Part shown: piece after piece, positions 18,137 to 26,065 of the stretch
How positions within the stretch are numbered: the stretch's first letter is position 1
How the letters are laid out: every line of letters starts with the position of its first letter
From: Raphidiopsis brookii D9
GTDB taxonomy: Bacteria > Cyanobacteriota > Cyanobacteriia > Cyanobacteriales > Nostocaceae
DNA: 26,065 bases
Assembly (NCBI GenBank): GCA_000175855.1
Contig: ACYB01000008.1
Location: 1 to 26,065 of the forward strand
Direction of reading: 5' to 3'
Notes under the pieces: generated by a model
What the model saw: only the letters and a program-made list of their open reading frames with translations
What the model was told of the DNA's origin: nothing
The model's database searches: none
Made by a program: the position numbers and the translations under genes

Positions 18137-19321
18137 ATGAAATCTAATCAGCATATTTGTCATTTAGTTTTAAGTAATATTGGGGGAGCAGCCAGAACTG
18201 CAAATTCTCTAATTTCCACTCATTCTCAAGCTGGTTATAAAGTATCTACAATAGTATTGACTGACTTGGATTTACAATGGATGGTTGATTTCAAAGCTGC
18301 TGAAAAACTCATAATTTTGAAAGTTGCCGGCAATTTATTTCATATTGGTGGAGCCATACATCAAATATGGATAGCTATAAAATTAAGTAAAGTAATTGCG
18401 GAATTAAATCCGGATATTATTGTTTGCCATACTGCATTTATCACCAAACTTTTTTATCTTTCTCAATTGATTACAGGAAGTGTAAAAACTCCCTATATCA
18501 GTTATCTGCATACAGATTTCATTTCTGAATTACAGGGTGAAAGTAAAAACAACTCATTGATAAAAATATTTCAAAATTTATTTATAGGTGTTGATCAGCG
18601 CATTAGTCTGAGTAGTCTTCAGCAAGCTAGTGGATTAGTATTTGTTTGTAAAAGTATCTATGAAAGATTATTAAATCTGGGATTAAATCCCCGTCAGATG
18701 GAAGTCTCCTATAACCCTGCTATAAATGATACAAGTAATCAGCCATTAAATCCTATAGCTAAGTCATGGTTAAAAAACCAGGGGTTAATTACTTTTGTAT
18801 CTGCTGCTAGATTCCATTATCAAAAAGATCATCCAACTTTATTGAAAGCATTTGCTCTAGCTAGTCAGCATTATTCCAACATCCGTTTAATTTTACTAGG
18901 AGATGGCAATTTAGAAACAGAAATGCAAGAATTTGCAAATTCTTTAAACATTAGTGATATTGTTCTGTTCGCAGGTACTGTTACTAATCCTAGAGCCTAC
19001 TTTTTATTATCTAGAGCAGTAATCCTCGCTTCTCATTATGAGGGATTTGGGATGGTGTTGGTAGAAGCTGTCGCTAGTGGAGTAACCTTTATTGCCAGTG
19101 ATTGTCCAGTTGGACCACGTGAAATTTCTAAAGTATTAGAATGTGGATGTTTAGTACCACCAAATGATGTGGATGCTTTGTCAAAAGCAATTATTAATCA
19201 TATAGAAACTCCTAAAGAGATAATAGACCGTTCTGAAAAAATAGAACGACTATTTAGTGAGTCTAGTTGTGCCAGGAAATTAGAGATATTAATCGACAAA
19301 GTTTTGCAAGAAAAAACCTGA
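18137..19321 (+). CDS. Family 4-type glycosyltransferase (GT1/GT4 group)
   Basis: ITFVSAARFHYQKDHPTLLKAFALASQHYSNIRLILLGDGNLE..VILASHYEGFGMVLVEAVASGVTFIASDCPVGPREI. Confidence 0.92.
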   Translation: MKSNQHICHLVLSNIGGAARTANSLISTHSQAGYKVSTIVLTDLDLQWMVDFKAAEKLIILKVAGNLFHIGGAIHQIWIAIKLSKVIAELNPDIIVCHTAFITKLFYLSQLITGSVKTPYISYLHTDFISELQGESKNNSLIKIFQNLFIGVDQRISLSSLQQASGLVFVCKSIYERLLNLGLNPRQMEVSYNPAINDTSNQPLNPIAKSWLKNQGLITFVSAARFHYQKDHPTLLKAFALASQHYSNIRLILLGDGNLETEMQEFANSLNISDIVLFAGTVTNPRAYFLLSRAVILASHYEGFGMVLVEAVASGVTFIASDCPVGPREISKVLECGCLVPPNDVDALSKAIINHIETPKEIIDRSEKIERLFSESSCARKLEILIDKVLQEKT

Positions 19322-19369
19322 ACCTTGCAAACTAAATTTATGAAGTTTTTTATCACAAATGGTCTTAAC

Positions 19370-20290
19370 TCAGAGAATTTCTAATGTTCCTCGCACCGCA
19401 TCTAATCTTGCTCGTACTCCCACAGGTAAAGCAGCATTGGGACTATCATGACCAAAAGGTAAGTCAGAAACAACAGGTATACCTAAATCAGATAGGCGAT
19501 CGCTCAAAACCTCGTCTACACTGAGACTTGGTATATTAGGGGGTGGTTGGCAATTGGTAAATCCTCCCAAAGCAACACCTCTGACTTGGTTAAGAATACC
19601 ACTTAATCGCCATTGAGTCAACATTCTGTCAATTCGATAAGGTGCTTCAGTAACATCCTCCAAAGCTAATATTACACCATCCATTGGTGGTAAGAGGGGT
19701 GTTCCCAAAAGATGGGTAGCTACAGTCAAGTTTCCAGGAAGTAATATTCCTGTTACCTGACCGCTTCCCCAACCTTTACCCTGTAATTGCTGAATAGCTC
19801 TACCCTCTACCCAGTCAAATAACCTTGTAATTGACCATGGTGGTTCATCACATAAAGTAGTCAGTACAGGTGCATGTACACCAGAAATTCCCCCTTTATA
19901 TAGACTCCAGAGTAGAGCGGTAATATCAGAGAATCCAATTAGCCATTTTGGGTCTGGTGGATTTTGTTCCCAGTGCCAATTTTCCAAAATACGAGCAGTA
20001 CCAAATCCCCCCCTAGCACAAATAATTCCGCGACATTGGGGATCTTGCCATGCTGCACCCAATTGGTGACGACGGTGGTCATCAGTGCCCGCGAGATAAC
20101 CATGTCGGTTTTCTATATTGTCACTGATTTGAACATTATAACCACGGTCTCGCCAAATTTTCACACCCTTTTCAAAAGCTGTAATTTCTCTGAGTCCACC
20201 ACTAGGAGCAATAACACGTAATAGATCTCCCGGTTTCAGGGGAGACGGTAATAAAGTTGGAACAATCTTAGAGGAGTTTACATTGTGCAT
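19370..20290 (-). CDS. LD-carboxypeptidase (muramoyltetrapeptide carboxypeptidase, peptidase S66)
   Basis: [51 protein letters not shown]. Confidence 0.9.
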   Translation of the reverse strand: MHNVNSSKIVPTLLPSPLKPGDLLRVIAPSGGLREITAFEKGVKIWRDRGYNVQISDNIENRHGYLAGTDDHRRHQLGAAWQDPQCRGIICARGGFGTARILENWHWEQNPPDPKWLIGFSDITALLWSLYKGGISGVHAPVLTTLCDEPPWSITRLFDWVEGRAIQQLQGKGWGSGQVTGILLPGNLTVATHLLGTPLLPPMDGVILALEDVTEAPYRIDRMLTQWRLSGILNQVRGVALGGFTNCQPPPNIPSLSVDEVLSDRLSDLGIPVVSDLPFGHDSPNAALPVGVRARLDAVRGTLEIL

Positions 20291-21356
20291 AGTGTCTCAA
20301 TAGATGATCACATAAAACCAAAGCTACCATTCCATCCACCATAGGTACTGCACGGGGTAAAACACAAGGATCATGTCTTCCCTTTCCTGCTAAGATGGTT
20401 TCCTCCCCCTCCTTGGTGACTGTTTTTTGTTCCTTTCTAATAGTCGCAGTTGGTTTAAAAGCAACTCTTAAAATAATATTTTCACCATTAGAAATTCCCC
20501 CTTGAATTCCACCTGAACGGTTAGTAACAGTTCTAATATCACCATGGGGATCTATATAAAATTCATCATTATGTTCAAAACCCGTTAATAACGTTCCTGC
20601 AAAGCCAGAACCAATTTCAAAACCTTTACTAGCAGGTAAAGACATAACAGCTTTAGCTAAATCAGCTTCCAACTTGTCAAAAACCGGTTCTCCTAAACCT
20701 TTAGGAACATTGCGCACCACGCACTCCACCACCCCACCAATAGAATTACCATCCCTACCGGTTTTCTCAATTAGTTCTATCATCTGGGGGGCAATTTCCG
20801 GGTCAGGACAGCGGACAATATTACTCTCCACATCTGCTAAAGTGACAATATTAGTGTCAACAGTTCCCTCCAAATCTTTAATACGTTTAACGTAAGCAAT
20901 AATTTCCACACCTGCTACTTGAAGTAAAATCTTCTTGGCGATCGCCCCTGCTGCTACCCTACCTATGGTTTCACGCGCAGAAGACCTACCACCACCTTGC
21001 CAATTTCTGAATCCATATTTAGCGTCGTAGGTAGCATCCGCGTGGGAGGGACGATATTTTTCAGACATTTCGTCATAATCCTGGGACCGGGTATCTTTAT
21101 TCCTCACCAGAATGGCAATTGGTGTTCCTAGGGTCTTACCCTCAAATACCCCGGATAAAATCTCACAGCTGTCTGCTTCTTTGCGAGGTGTGGTGATTTT
21201 GCTTTGTCCTGGTCTTCTTCTATCCAGTTCAAATTGAATTTCTGCGGGAGAAATCTCTAGTCTAGGAGGACAACCATCAATTATAACTCCCACACCACCA
21301 CCGTGAGATTCACCAAATGTCGTAATTCGGAAAAGATGACCAAATGTGCTACCCAT
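20268..21356 (-). CDS. aroC: Chorismate synthase
   Basis: [59 protein letters not shown]-like block, [21 protein letters not shown]. Confidence 0.97.
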   Translation of the reverse strand: MGSTFGHLFRITTFGESHGGGVGVIIDGCPPRLEISPAEIQFELDRRRPGQSKITTPRKEADSCEILSGVFEGKTLGTPIAILVRNKDTRSQDYDEMSEKYRPSHADATYDAKYGFRNWQGGGRSSARETIGRVAAGAIAKKILLQVAGVEIIAYVKRIKDLEGTVDTNIVTLADVESNIVRCPDPEIAPQMIELIEKTGRDGNSIGGVVECVVRNVPKGLGEPVFDKLEADLAKAVMSLPASKGFEIGSGFAGTLLTGFEHNDEFYIDPHGDIRTVTNRSGGIQGGISNGENIILRVAFKPTATIRKEQKTVTKEGEETILAGKGRHDPCVLPRAVPMVDGMVALVLCDHLLRHYAQCKLL

Positions 21357-21570
21357 GTGAATGTTATTTTTGGAAAAATACTTTCTATAACTGATTTTAC
21401 CAAAAAGCGAAACAAAGTCCCTGGCTTTAGGTTGACTATTTCCTCCTGGTATGCTATCAATTAGAAATATCTCACTTCATAACCCCCTATCTACCCATGA
21501 AGGGTCGAAAGTGGGTGTGAAGTTCTTGGAATCAAGTGAATAAACCGATTAAGAAATAAATTGGATTTTT

Positions 21571-21873
21571 ATGGCTAAGAAGAGCATGATTGAGCGCGAG
21601 AAGAAACGCGCTGGGTTAGTCGCGAAGTATGCTGCCAAGCGGGAAGCACTATTGGAAGAGTTTAGAACTACAGAATCTCCTCTAGAAAAACTAGAGGTGC
21701 ATCGAAAAATTCAACAACTACCTCGTAACAGTGCACCTACCCGTCGTCAAAACCGTTGTTGGTTGACCGGTCGTCCTCGGGGTGTTTACCGGGACTTTGG
21801 ACTGTCTCGTAACGTTCTTCGAGAATGGGCACACCAAGGTTTATTACCTGGAGTTGTCAAGTCTAGTTGGTAA
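21571..21873 (+). CDS. rpsN: 30S ribosomal protein S14
   Basis: [66 protein letters not shown]. Confidence 0.98.
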   Translation: MAKKSMIEREKKRAGLVAKYAAKREALLEEFRTTESPLEKLEVHRKIQQLPRNSAPTRRQNRCWLTGRPRGVYRDFGLSRNVLREWAHQGLLPGVVKSSW

Positions 21874-22027
21874 TCGGGAGCTAGAAGCTGAAACTAACCT
21901 AGAAGCCACAAATCTCCCACCAGAAGTTTTGTTGCCTAGGTTCTGACTCCTAAGTACATACTGGCAATGTTGTATTGATTATTGCTTTATGATATATTGT
22001 TATTATTCTTAATACGCATATGATTAC

Positions 22028-22702
22028 ATGAGCCAGGTAATTTGGATTGCTAGACATGCTAACAGACTTGATTTTGTAAACCCTGACTGGTTTACTACAG
22101 CTGAGAGGCGTTATGATCCGCCCTTATCGGATGATGGTATAATTCAGGCACAGCAACTGGCAAAACGACTGAAAGGTGAGGGAATAAAGCATATTTTTGC
22201 TTCTCCTTTTTTAAGGACCGTACAAACAGCTAATGCAGTAGCGGAAATCTTGGACTTAGATATTAAATTAGAGACAGGACTCAGTGAGTGGTTGAATCCG
22301 GAGTGGATGACAGAAGAACCGGAAAAAATGTCAACCTTGGAGCTAGTGAAATTGTTTCCTAGAATAGATAGGAGCTATACACCTAGGATTGCTGCCAAAT
22401 ACCCTGAAACCCATGAACAGGTGAGACATCGTTCAGGACAGACTGCCAGGTGTTTGGCGGCGGAATTTTGGCCTCAAGATATCTTGTTAGTAGCACATGG
22501 AGCTTCTGTATTGGGTGCTGCTATGGGGTTTGTAGGAGACATAGCCAAAGAGGAAGTAAAGGCCAAATTATGTTCCCTGGTTAAATTAGTGCTTCGGGAA
22601 TCACAATGGTTCTTAGAACTTAAGGGAGATACTTCCCATTTAGAAGAAATACCGGGACTGCAACCAGAGTATTCTAGTTTATGGCAAAGACCAACACCAT
22701 AG
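22028..22702 (+). CDS. Histidine phosphatase (phosphoglycerate mutase-like) family protein
   Basis: IWIARHANRLDF, LKGEGIKHIFASPFLRTVQTA, ILLVAHGASV. Confidence 0.85.
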   Translation: MSQVIWIARHANRLDFVNPDWFTTAERRYDPPLSDDGIIQAQQLAKRLKGEGIKHIFASPFLRTVQTANAVAEILDLDIKLETGLSEWLNPEWMTEEPEKMSTLELVKLFPRIDRSYTPRIAAKYPETHEQVRHRSGQTARCLAAEFWPQDILLVAHGASVLGAAMGFVGDIAKEEVKAKLCSLVKLVLRESQWFLELKGDTSHLEEIPGLQPEYSSLWQRPTP

Positions 22703-22785
22703 GGCAAATTGACCCCAGATATCAACGCACCAACCTCCGGTTATCATTCTTGTGTCTGGGGTAGTGATTTGGAATAAAGACTAAC

Positions 22786-23232
22786 TTAAGATCCCTTAGG
22801 CCAATTTCCTAGCCATTCCCCACCGCGAAATCGCCACCGGGGAAACAACAATCGCATGACTATCCATGCGGATAAATAAACCCCTAACCACACCATTCCA
22901 TAATGTTGAATAAATGTTACTAACTGAAATTCTGCTCGAGGAATTTTTGGTAATCCTATGGTCCCCAGAATTATACCCAAAAACACCCCTTCCACAATTC
23001 CTGCATAGAATTGAAACACACCTGGCCAATCATGATCCCATAAGTATTTCTGCAGGAAATCATATACTACATCCCAGGCTAACCCAAATAATCCCACATA
23101 AAACACAACCCAAAAGTAAATGGCAGACCCATGTCCTAAAAATCCCCGAGCAAAAGGTAAAGAAACTAAATTGCCTACGGTCAATAATAACAAAACCCGT
23201 GTTTGCCAGCGCCCTAATAATGTTGGAGTCAT
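22786..23232 (-). CDS. Hypothetical multi-spanning membrane protein
   Basis: 148-aa ORF with several hydrophobic segments (VLLLLTVGNLVSLPFA, FWVVFYVGLFGLAWDVVYDFL, GVFLGIILGTIGL); 26 nt downstream of the FHA gene on the same strand. Confidence 0.65.
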   Translation of the reverse strand: MTPTLLGRWQTRVLLLLTVGNLVSLPFARGFLGHGSAIYFWVVFYVGLFGLAWDVVYDFLQKYLWDHDWPGVFQFYAGIVEGVFLGIILGTIGLPKIPRAEFQLVTFIQHYGMVWLGVYLSAWIVMRLLFPRWRFRGGEWLGNWPKGS

Positions 23233-23258
23233 AACACCTAATTGCTAATTAAAGTTGA

Positions 23259-25355
23259 TTAAAGCTGATTAAAATTCCCAGTACCAATTAAGGTTTTTAA
23301 ATTTAAAGCCCATTTGAGCCATTGCCAAACAGAATAAACACCCTGAATGTATTTTACACCTGGTGCTTTAATTGCTGCTAGAGCTTCCACTGATCTATGG
23401 GCGGCGTATTGTAGTCCTAAAAATGTATCCACCGGTGCATAGGGACCCCCTAGAGTAATAATCCCTGCTGCATACACACGAGATTGAGAATCTCTGGGGT
23501 GACGCAATTGTCTAATTTCAAAATTGTTTTTTACATACAACCTTCTATCGGGATTTAAATCTAAATCATAGTGATTAATTAAATCCTTCAAAAATGGACT
23601 CTGGAGCGGGTCAGAAATTAACCCAGTACAATCAATGACAAAATTAGCCTTTATTTCTTTATATCCCTCATTAGTTACTAAAGAAGCAACTATTTTGCCT
23701 TCCGCACCACGCTGTATTTTATCCGCTAGACCATAATACAGCTTATACCATCCCTGTTGTTTACCCTCCCGCACAATTTTACGCCATTGTTGGCGACTTG
23801 CAGTGGTTGTACCGCCCCAAATATCTAATAATTCCCTCCGCTTAAACGGTTCCGCTGCTTCCAATTGTTTTCGCATATCCCCGCCCCAGGTAGCTTTAGG
23901 CCAATTATATGGTTGAAACTCCCAATCATTTTCTACATATCTTTGGGATTTCTCAAACCTGTTCCCACTACGTGGATTACGATTCAAATGAATGACATCA
24001 ATATTGTTATTCCTTTTACGAGCTTGGTATATTCTATCCAACACCTGTGATGCTACAATTCCCGACCCTCTTAAAATTAGAGTTCCACCATGTTTCTCCA
24101 AATGAGTGTAAATGTGGTCGTGTTCCTCATAACCCTGGACTACTGTTCGACTATTTCCCGTCTCTTGAGGATATTCCTGACGGTATTTTTCTAGATCCGG
24201 TAATAGTTTCAGTCCGGGATAACCAGTACAAATGTGAATATACCTAGCTAACAAAAATTGGTAATGCTTACGATTTTGTGTATCGCTACAGTATGCAATA
24301 CAATATCTCCCATCCTCTGTTTGACGTAAACTGAGAATGGCTCCAGGCTCTAACATTTTGTGCCAATTTATGCGTTCCGCTTCCCGATCCATAGAGTCAA
24401 ATACATCTCCAGCTATAGGAGTATAAGTATCAGCATGAACAGGTTCTGCAAATACCTGCCATAAAAATCCTATGGCAGCACCTATTTGTCCAGAAAACAA
24501 AGCTTTTTTAGCATCTCTTAGTCCATATCCTGGCCATCCCCAAATATTATCAGGACAAGAATCAGAACCGGAGCGAATGCGTTTATCTTCAGAGATTTGG
24601 CAGTTTTTAAGCAGGGTTTTATATCGTTGATAGGGTTTTTCTTGATTGCTGAGGATCTTAATATTTTCTGTTTTAACCCCTGCAATTCTCAACATATCCA
24701 CCCAGACAAAACTGCCCATTCCTCCCCCACAGGCGAGATATTCGGTTTCTCGCACTAGAAACCCACTACTCTCAATTTCTCTTAGGGAAATCTGTGGTCT
24801 GTGCCAAAAGCTCAAATTATAAGGGAATTCAGAACGGGAAATAGATGGGGATGAACTTACTTGTTGTTCTAAAATCCCCGTATGAGGATTGAAAGAAATA
24901 GATGAGGCAACATTTGCTACAGGTTCCAGTCGTGATGCTGGTAATACTTGACTTTGGGGATCAAAGTTAAAAACCGTTCCCACATCACCCACAATAACTG
25001 TTCCCTCATCCTGACCACTACCTTCAAGAATCACCACAGTTATGGTGTAACTACCAATGATTATAGTATCACCAGTGTTTAAAATCTCACCTTGTCTTAA
25101 GAGTAGTTTGCCGTTTAGCTTGGTACCATTACTACTTTTATCTTCTACGTAAACCTGATTATTATTTAATCTGATTTGAGCGTGAAATCGAGAAATTTGG
25201 CGATTACTATCTAATAACACTATTGGACTAACCGGTTCATTGTTCAAATTGGGAGGTAAAGCAGATAAATCTCTACCAATGGCGATGGGCAAGTTAAAAA
25301 CCTGCTCTACCTGTTCTTGAGTAATTTTATTTTCAGAAACCAGTTTTATTTGCAT
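23259..25355 (-). CDS. FHA domain fused to an FAD/NAD(P)-binding oxidoreductase-like domain
   Basis: N-term PIAIGRDLSALP..ISRFHAQIRLNNNQVYVEDKSSNGTKLNGKLL (FHA). Later YLACGGGMGSFVWVDMLRIAG, GGTLILRGSGIVASQVLDRIY and NFVIDCTGLISDPLQSPFLKDLI. Confidence 0.8.
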   Translation of the reverse strand: MQIKLVSENKITQEQVEQVFNLPIAIGRDLSALPPNLNNEPVSPIVLLDSNRQISRFHAQIRLNNNQVYVEDKSSNGTKLNGKLLLRQGEILNTGDTIIIGSYTITVVILEGSGQDEGTVIVGDVGTVFNFDPQSQVLPASRLEPVANVASSISFNPHTGILEQQVSSSPSISRSEFPYNLSFWHRPQISLREIESSGFLVRETEYLACGGGMGSFVWVDMLRIAGVKTENIKILSNQEKPYQRYKTLLKNCQISEDKRIRSGSDSCPDNIWGWPGYGLRDAKKALFSGQIGAAIGFLWQVFAEPVHADTYTPIAGDVFDSMDREAERINWHKMLEPGAILSLRQTEDGRYCIAYCSDTQNRKHYQFLLARYIHICTGYPGLKLLPDLEKYRQEYPQETGNSRTVVQGYEEHDHIYTHLEKHGGTLILRGSGIVASQVLDRIYQARKRNNNIDVIHLNRNPRSGNRFEKSQRYVENDWEFQPYNWPKATWGGDMRKQLEAAEPFKRRELLDIWGGTTTASRQQWRKIVREGKQQGWYKLYYGLADKIQRGAEGKIVASLVTNEGYKEIKANFVIDCTGLISDPLQSPFLKDLINHYDLDLNPDRRLYVKNNFEIRQLRHPRDSQSRVYAAGIITLGGPYAPVDTFLGLQYAAHRSVEALAAIKAPGVKYIQGVYSVWQWLKWALNLKTLIGTGNFNQL

Positions 25356-25572
25356 AGGTTTAATGATTTTTACTTATTTTCCCCGATATAACCAAAACCA
25401 ACACTAGTTTAGCATACCAGTATCCGCACTGAAATTGAAGTCACTCCTTATTGATAAATATTCTGTTTTCTACCAAGGGGAAATGCGATCGCACCAGTGC
25501 TTCGCAATCATTTGTGCCTAACTGCGAATAACGGTAATAGTACGTCTCCCTGGACTAATAGCTTTCTCCGTA

Positions 25573-26065
25573 CTAATTCTCTCTCCCATAGGTTTGCGGT
25601 AGACTATCCTGACTACCCTGGGACAAAACACGAGGAATCACTTCCTGGTAAATGGGATTGGCAATGGTCAGTCCGCCCAAAGGACTTCGCTTTACCAAGC
25701 CTAAATCTAACAAGAAACGGCGATCATCCTCCGGGGTATCCGGTAAGTCGGATCCAGATAACATCGGTTGAATAATAGCCTTGACCCGATCTTCCCGCAA
25801 TCTTTCTGCTAAACTATCCAAATGAGTATCCTGGCGCTGAATCAGAATCTCTTTGGCTCGGTTAATGACTTCAGTAGTAATGGGTTGGGTTACATCTTTA
25901 ACTAAAACTTGGGTAGCTTGACGAGCTAGGGCATTTACTAACCACGGTTGTCCGTCGGTTAAATAATATGCGCGTTGAATTGCTTCTGTGGTAAAAACTT
26001 GTCCCGTAGCTTGTGTGTGTTGTAAATAAAGTTCTTCTACTTCGGGTAAAGAAAAATTACTTAGA
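25573..26065 (-). CDS. C-terminal part of an AAA-like/ORC-CDC6-type ATPase, running off the right edge
   Basis: Reading frame stays open to 26065: NFSLPEVEELYLQHTQATGQVFTTEAIQRAYYLTDGQPWLVNALARQATQVLVKDVTQPITTEVINRAKEILIQRQDTHLDSLAERLREDRVKAIIQPMLSG..LVKRSPLGGLTIANPIYQEVIPRVL. Confidence 0.7.
   Translation of the reverse strand, partial: LSNFSLPEVEELYLQHTQATGQVFTTEAIQRAYYLTDGQPWLVNALARQATQVLVKDVTQPITTEVINRAKEILIQRQDTHLDSLAERLREDRVKAIIQPMLSGSDLPDTPEDDRRFLLDLGLVKRSPLGGLTIANPIYQEVIPRVLSQGSQDSLPQTYGREN

Noticed and set aside
1-26065. CRISPR array, rRNA, tRNA, group II intron, retron or transposase
   Set aside because: No regularly spaced repeats, no tRNA/rRNA signature and no reverse transcriptase or transposase motif were seen in any ORF. 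Small ncRNAs cannot be excluded by eye.

Overview
This looks like an AT-leaning chromosomal segment from a filamentous cyanobacterium. The protein content and the HIP1 octamers (GCGATCGC) suggest Nostocales, possibly Cylindrospermopsis/Raphidiopsis-like; that assignment is inference. The left third (1-8.4 kb) resembles a defence or nucleic-acid-processing accessory region. It carries an AAA-ATPase-like/PD-(D/E)XK protein, a small protein paired with a large P-loop ATPase, and an N-terminally truncated ABC/RecF-like ATPase remnant whose C-terminus resembles UPF0175. It also carries one long gene, broken by frameshifts, that encodes a DEDDy 3'-5' exonuclease, a Cas4/RecB-like nuclease with candidate Fe-S cysteines, and an FtsK/HerA-type translocase. 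The next block (8.5-11.0 kb) is a cobalt-type nitrile hydratase cluster (CobW-like metallochaperone, beta, alpha, accessory protein). A deletion-like junction appears to have removed the CobW C-terminus and the beta-subunit N-terminus. The rest is mostly housekeeping: MFS transporter, hemL, hisIE, an epimerase, hemE, two glycosyltransferases, LD-carboxypeptidase, aroC, rpsN and a histidine phosphatase. The right edge has an unusual FHA-domain/oxidoreductase fusion and an AAA-like ATPase running off the window. At least nine reading-frame breaks, including ones in hemL and hemE, are repairable by a 1-nt change in or next to a short homopolymer. Many apparent pseudogenes here may therefore be sequencing errors. 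No CRISPR array, rRNA, tRNA or transposase was recognised.
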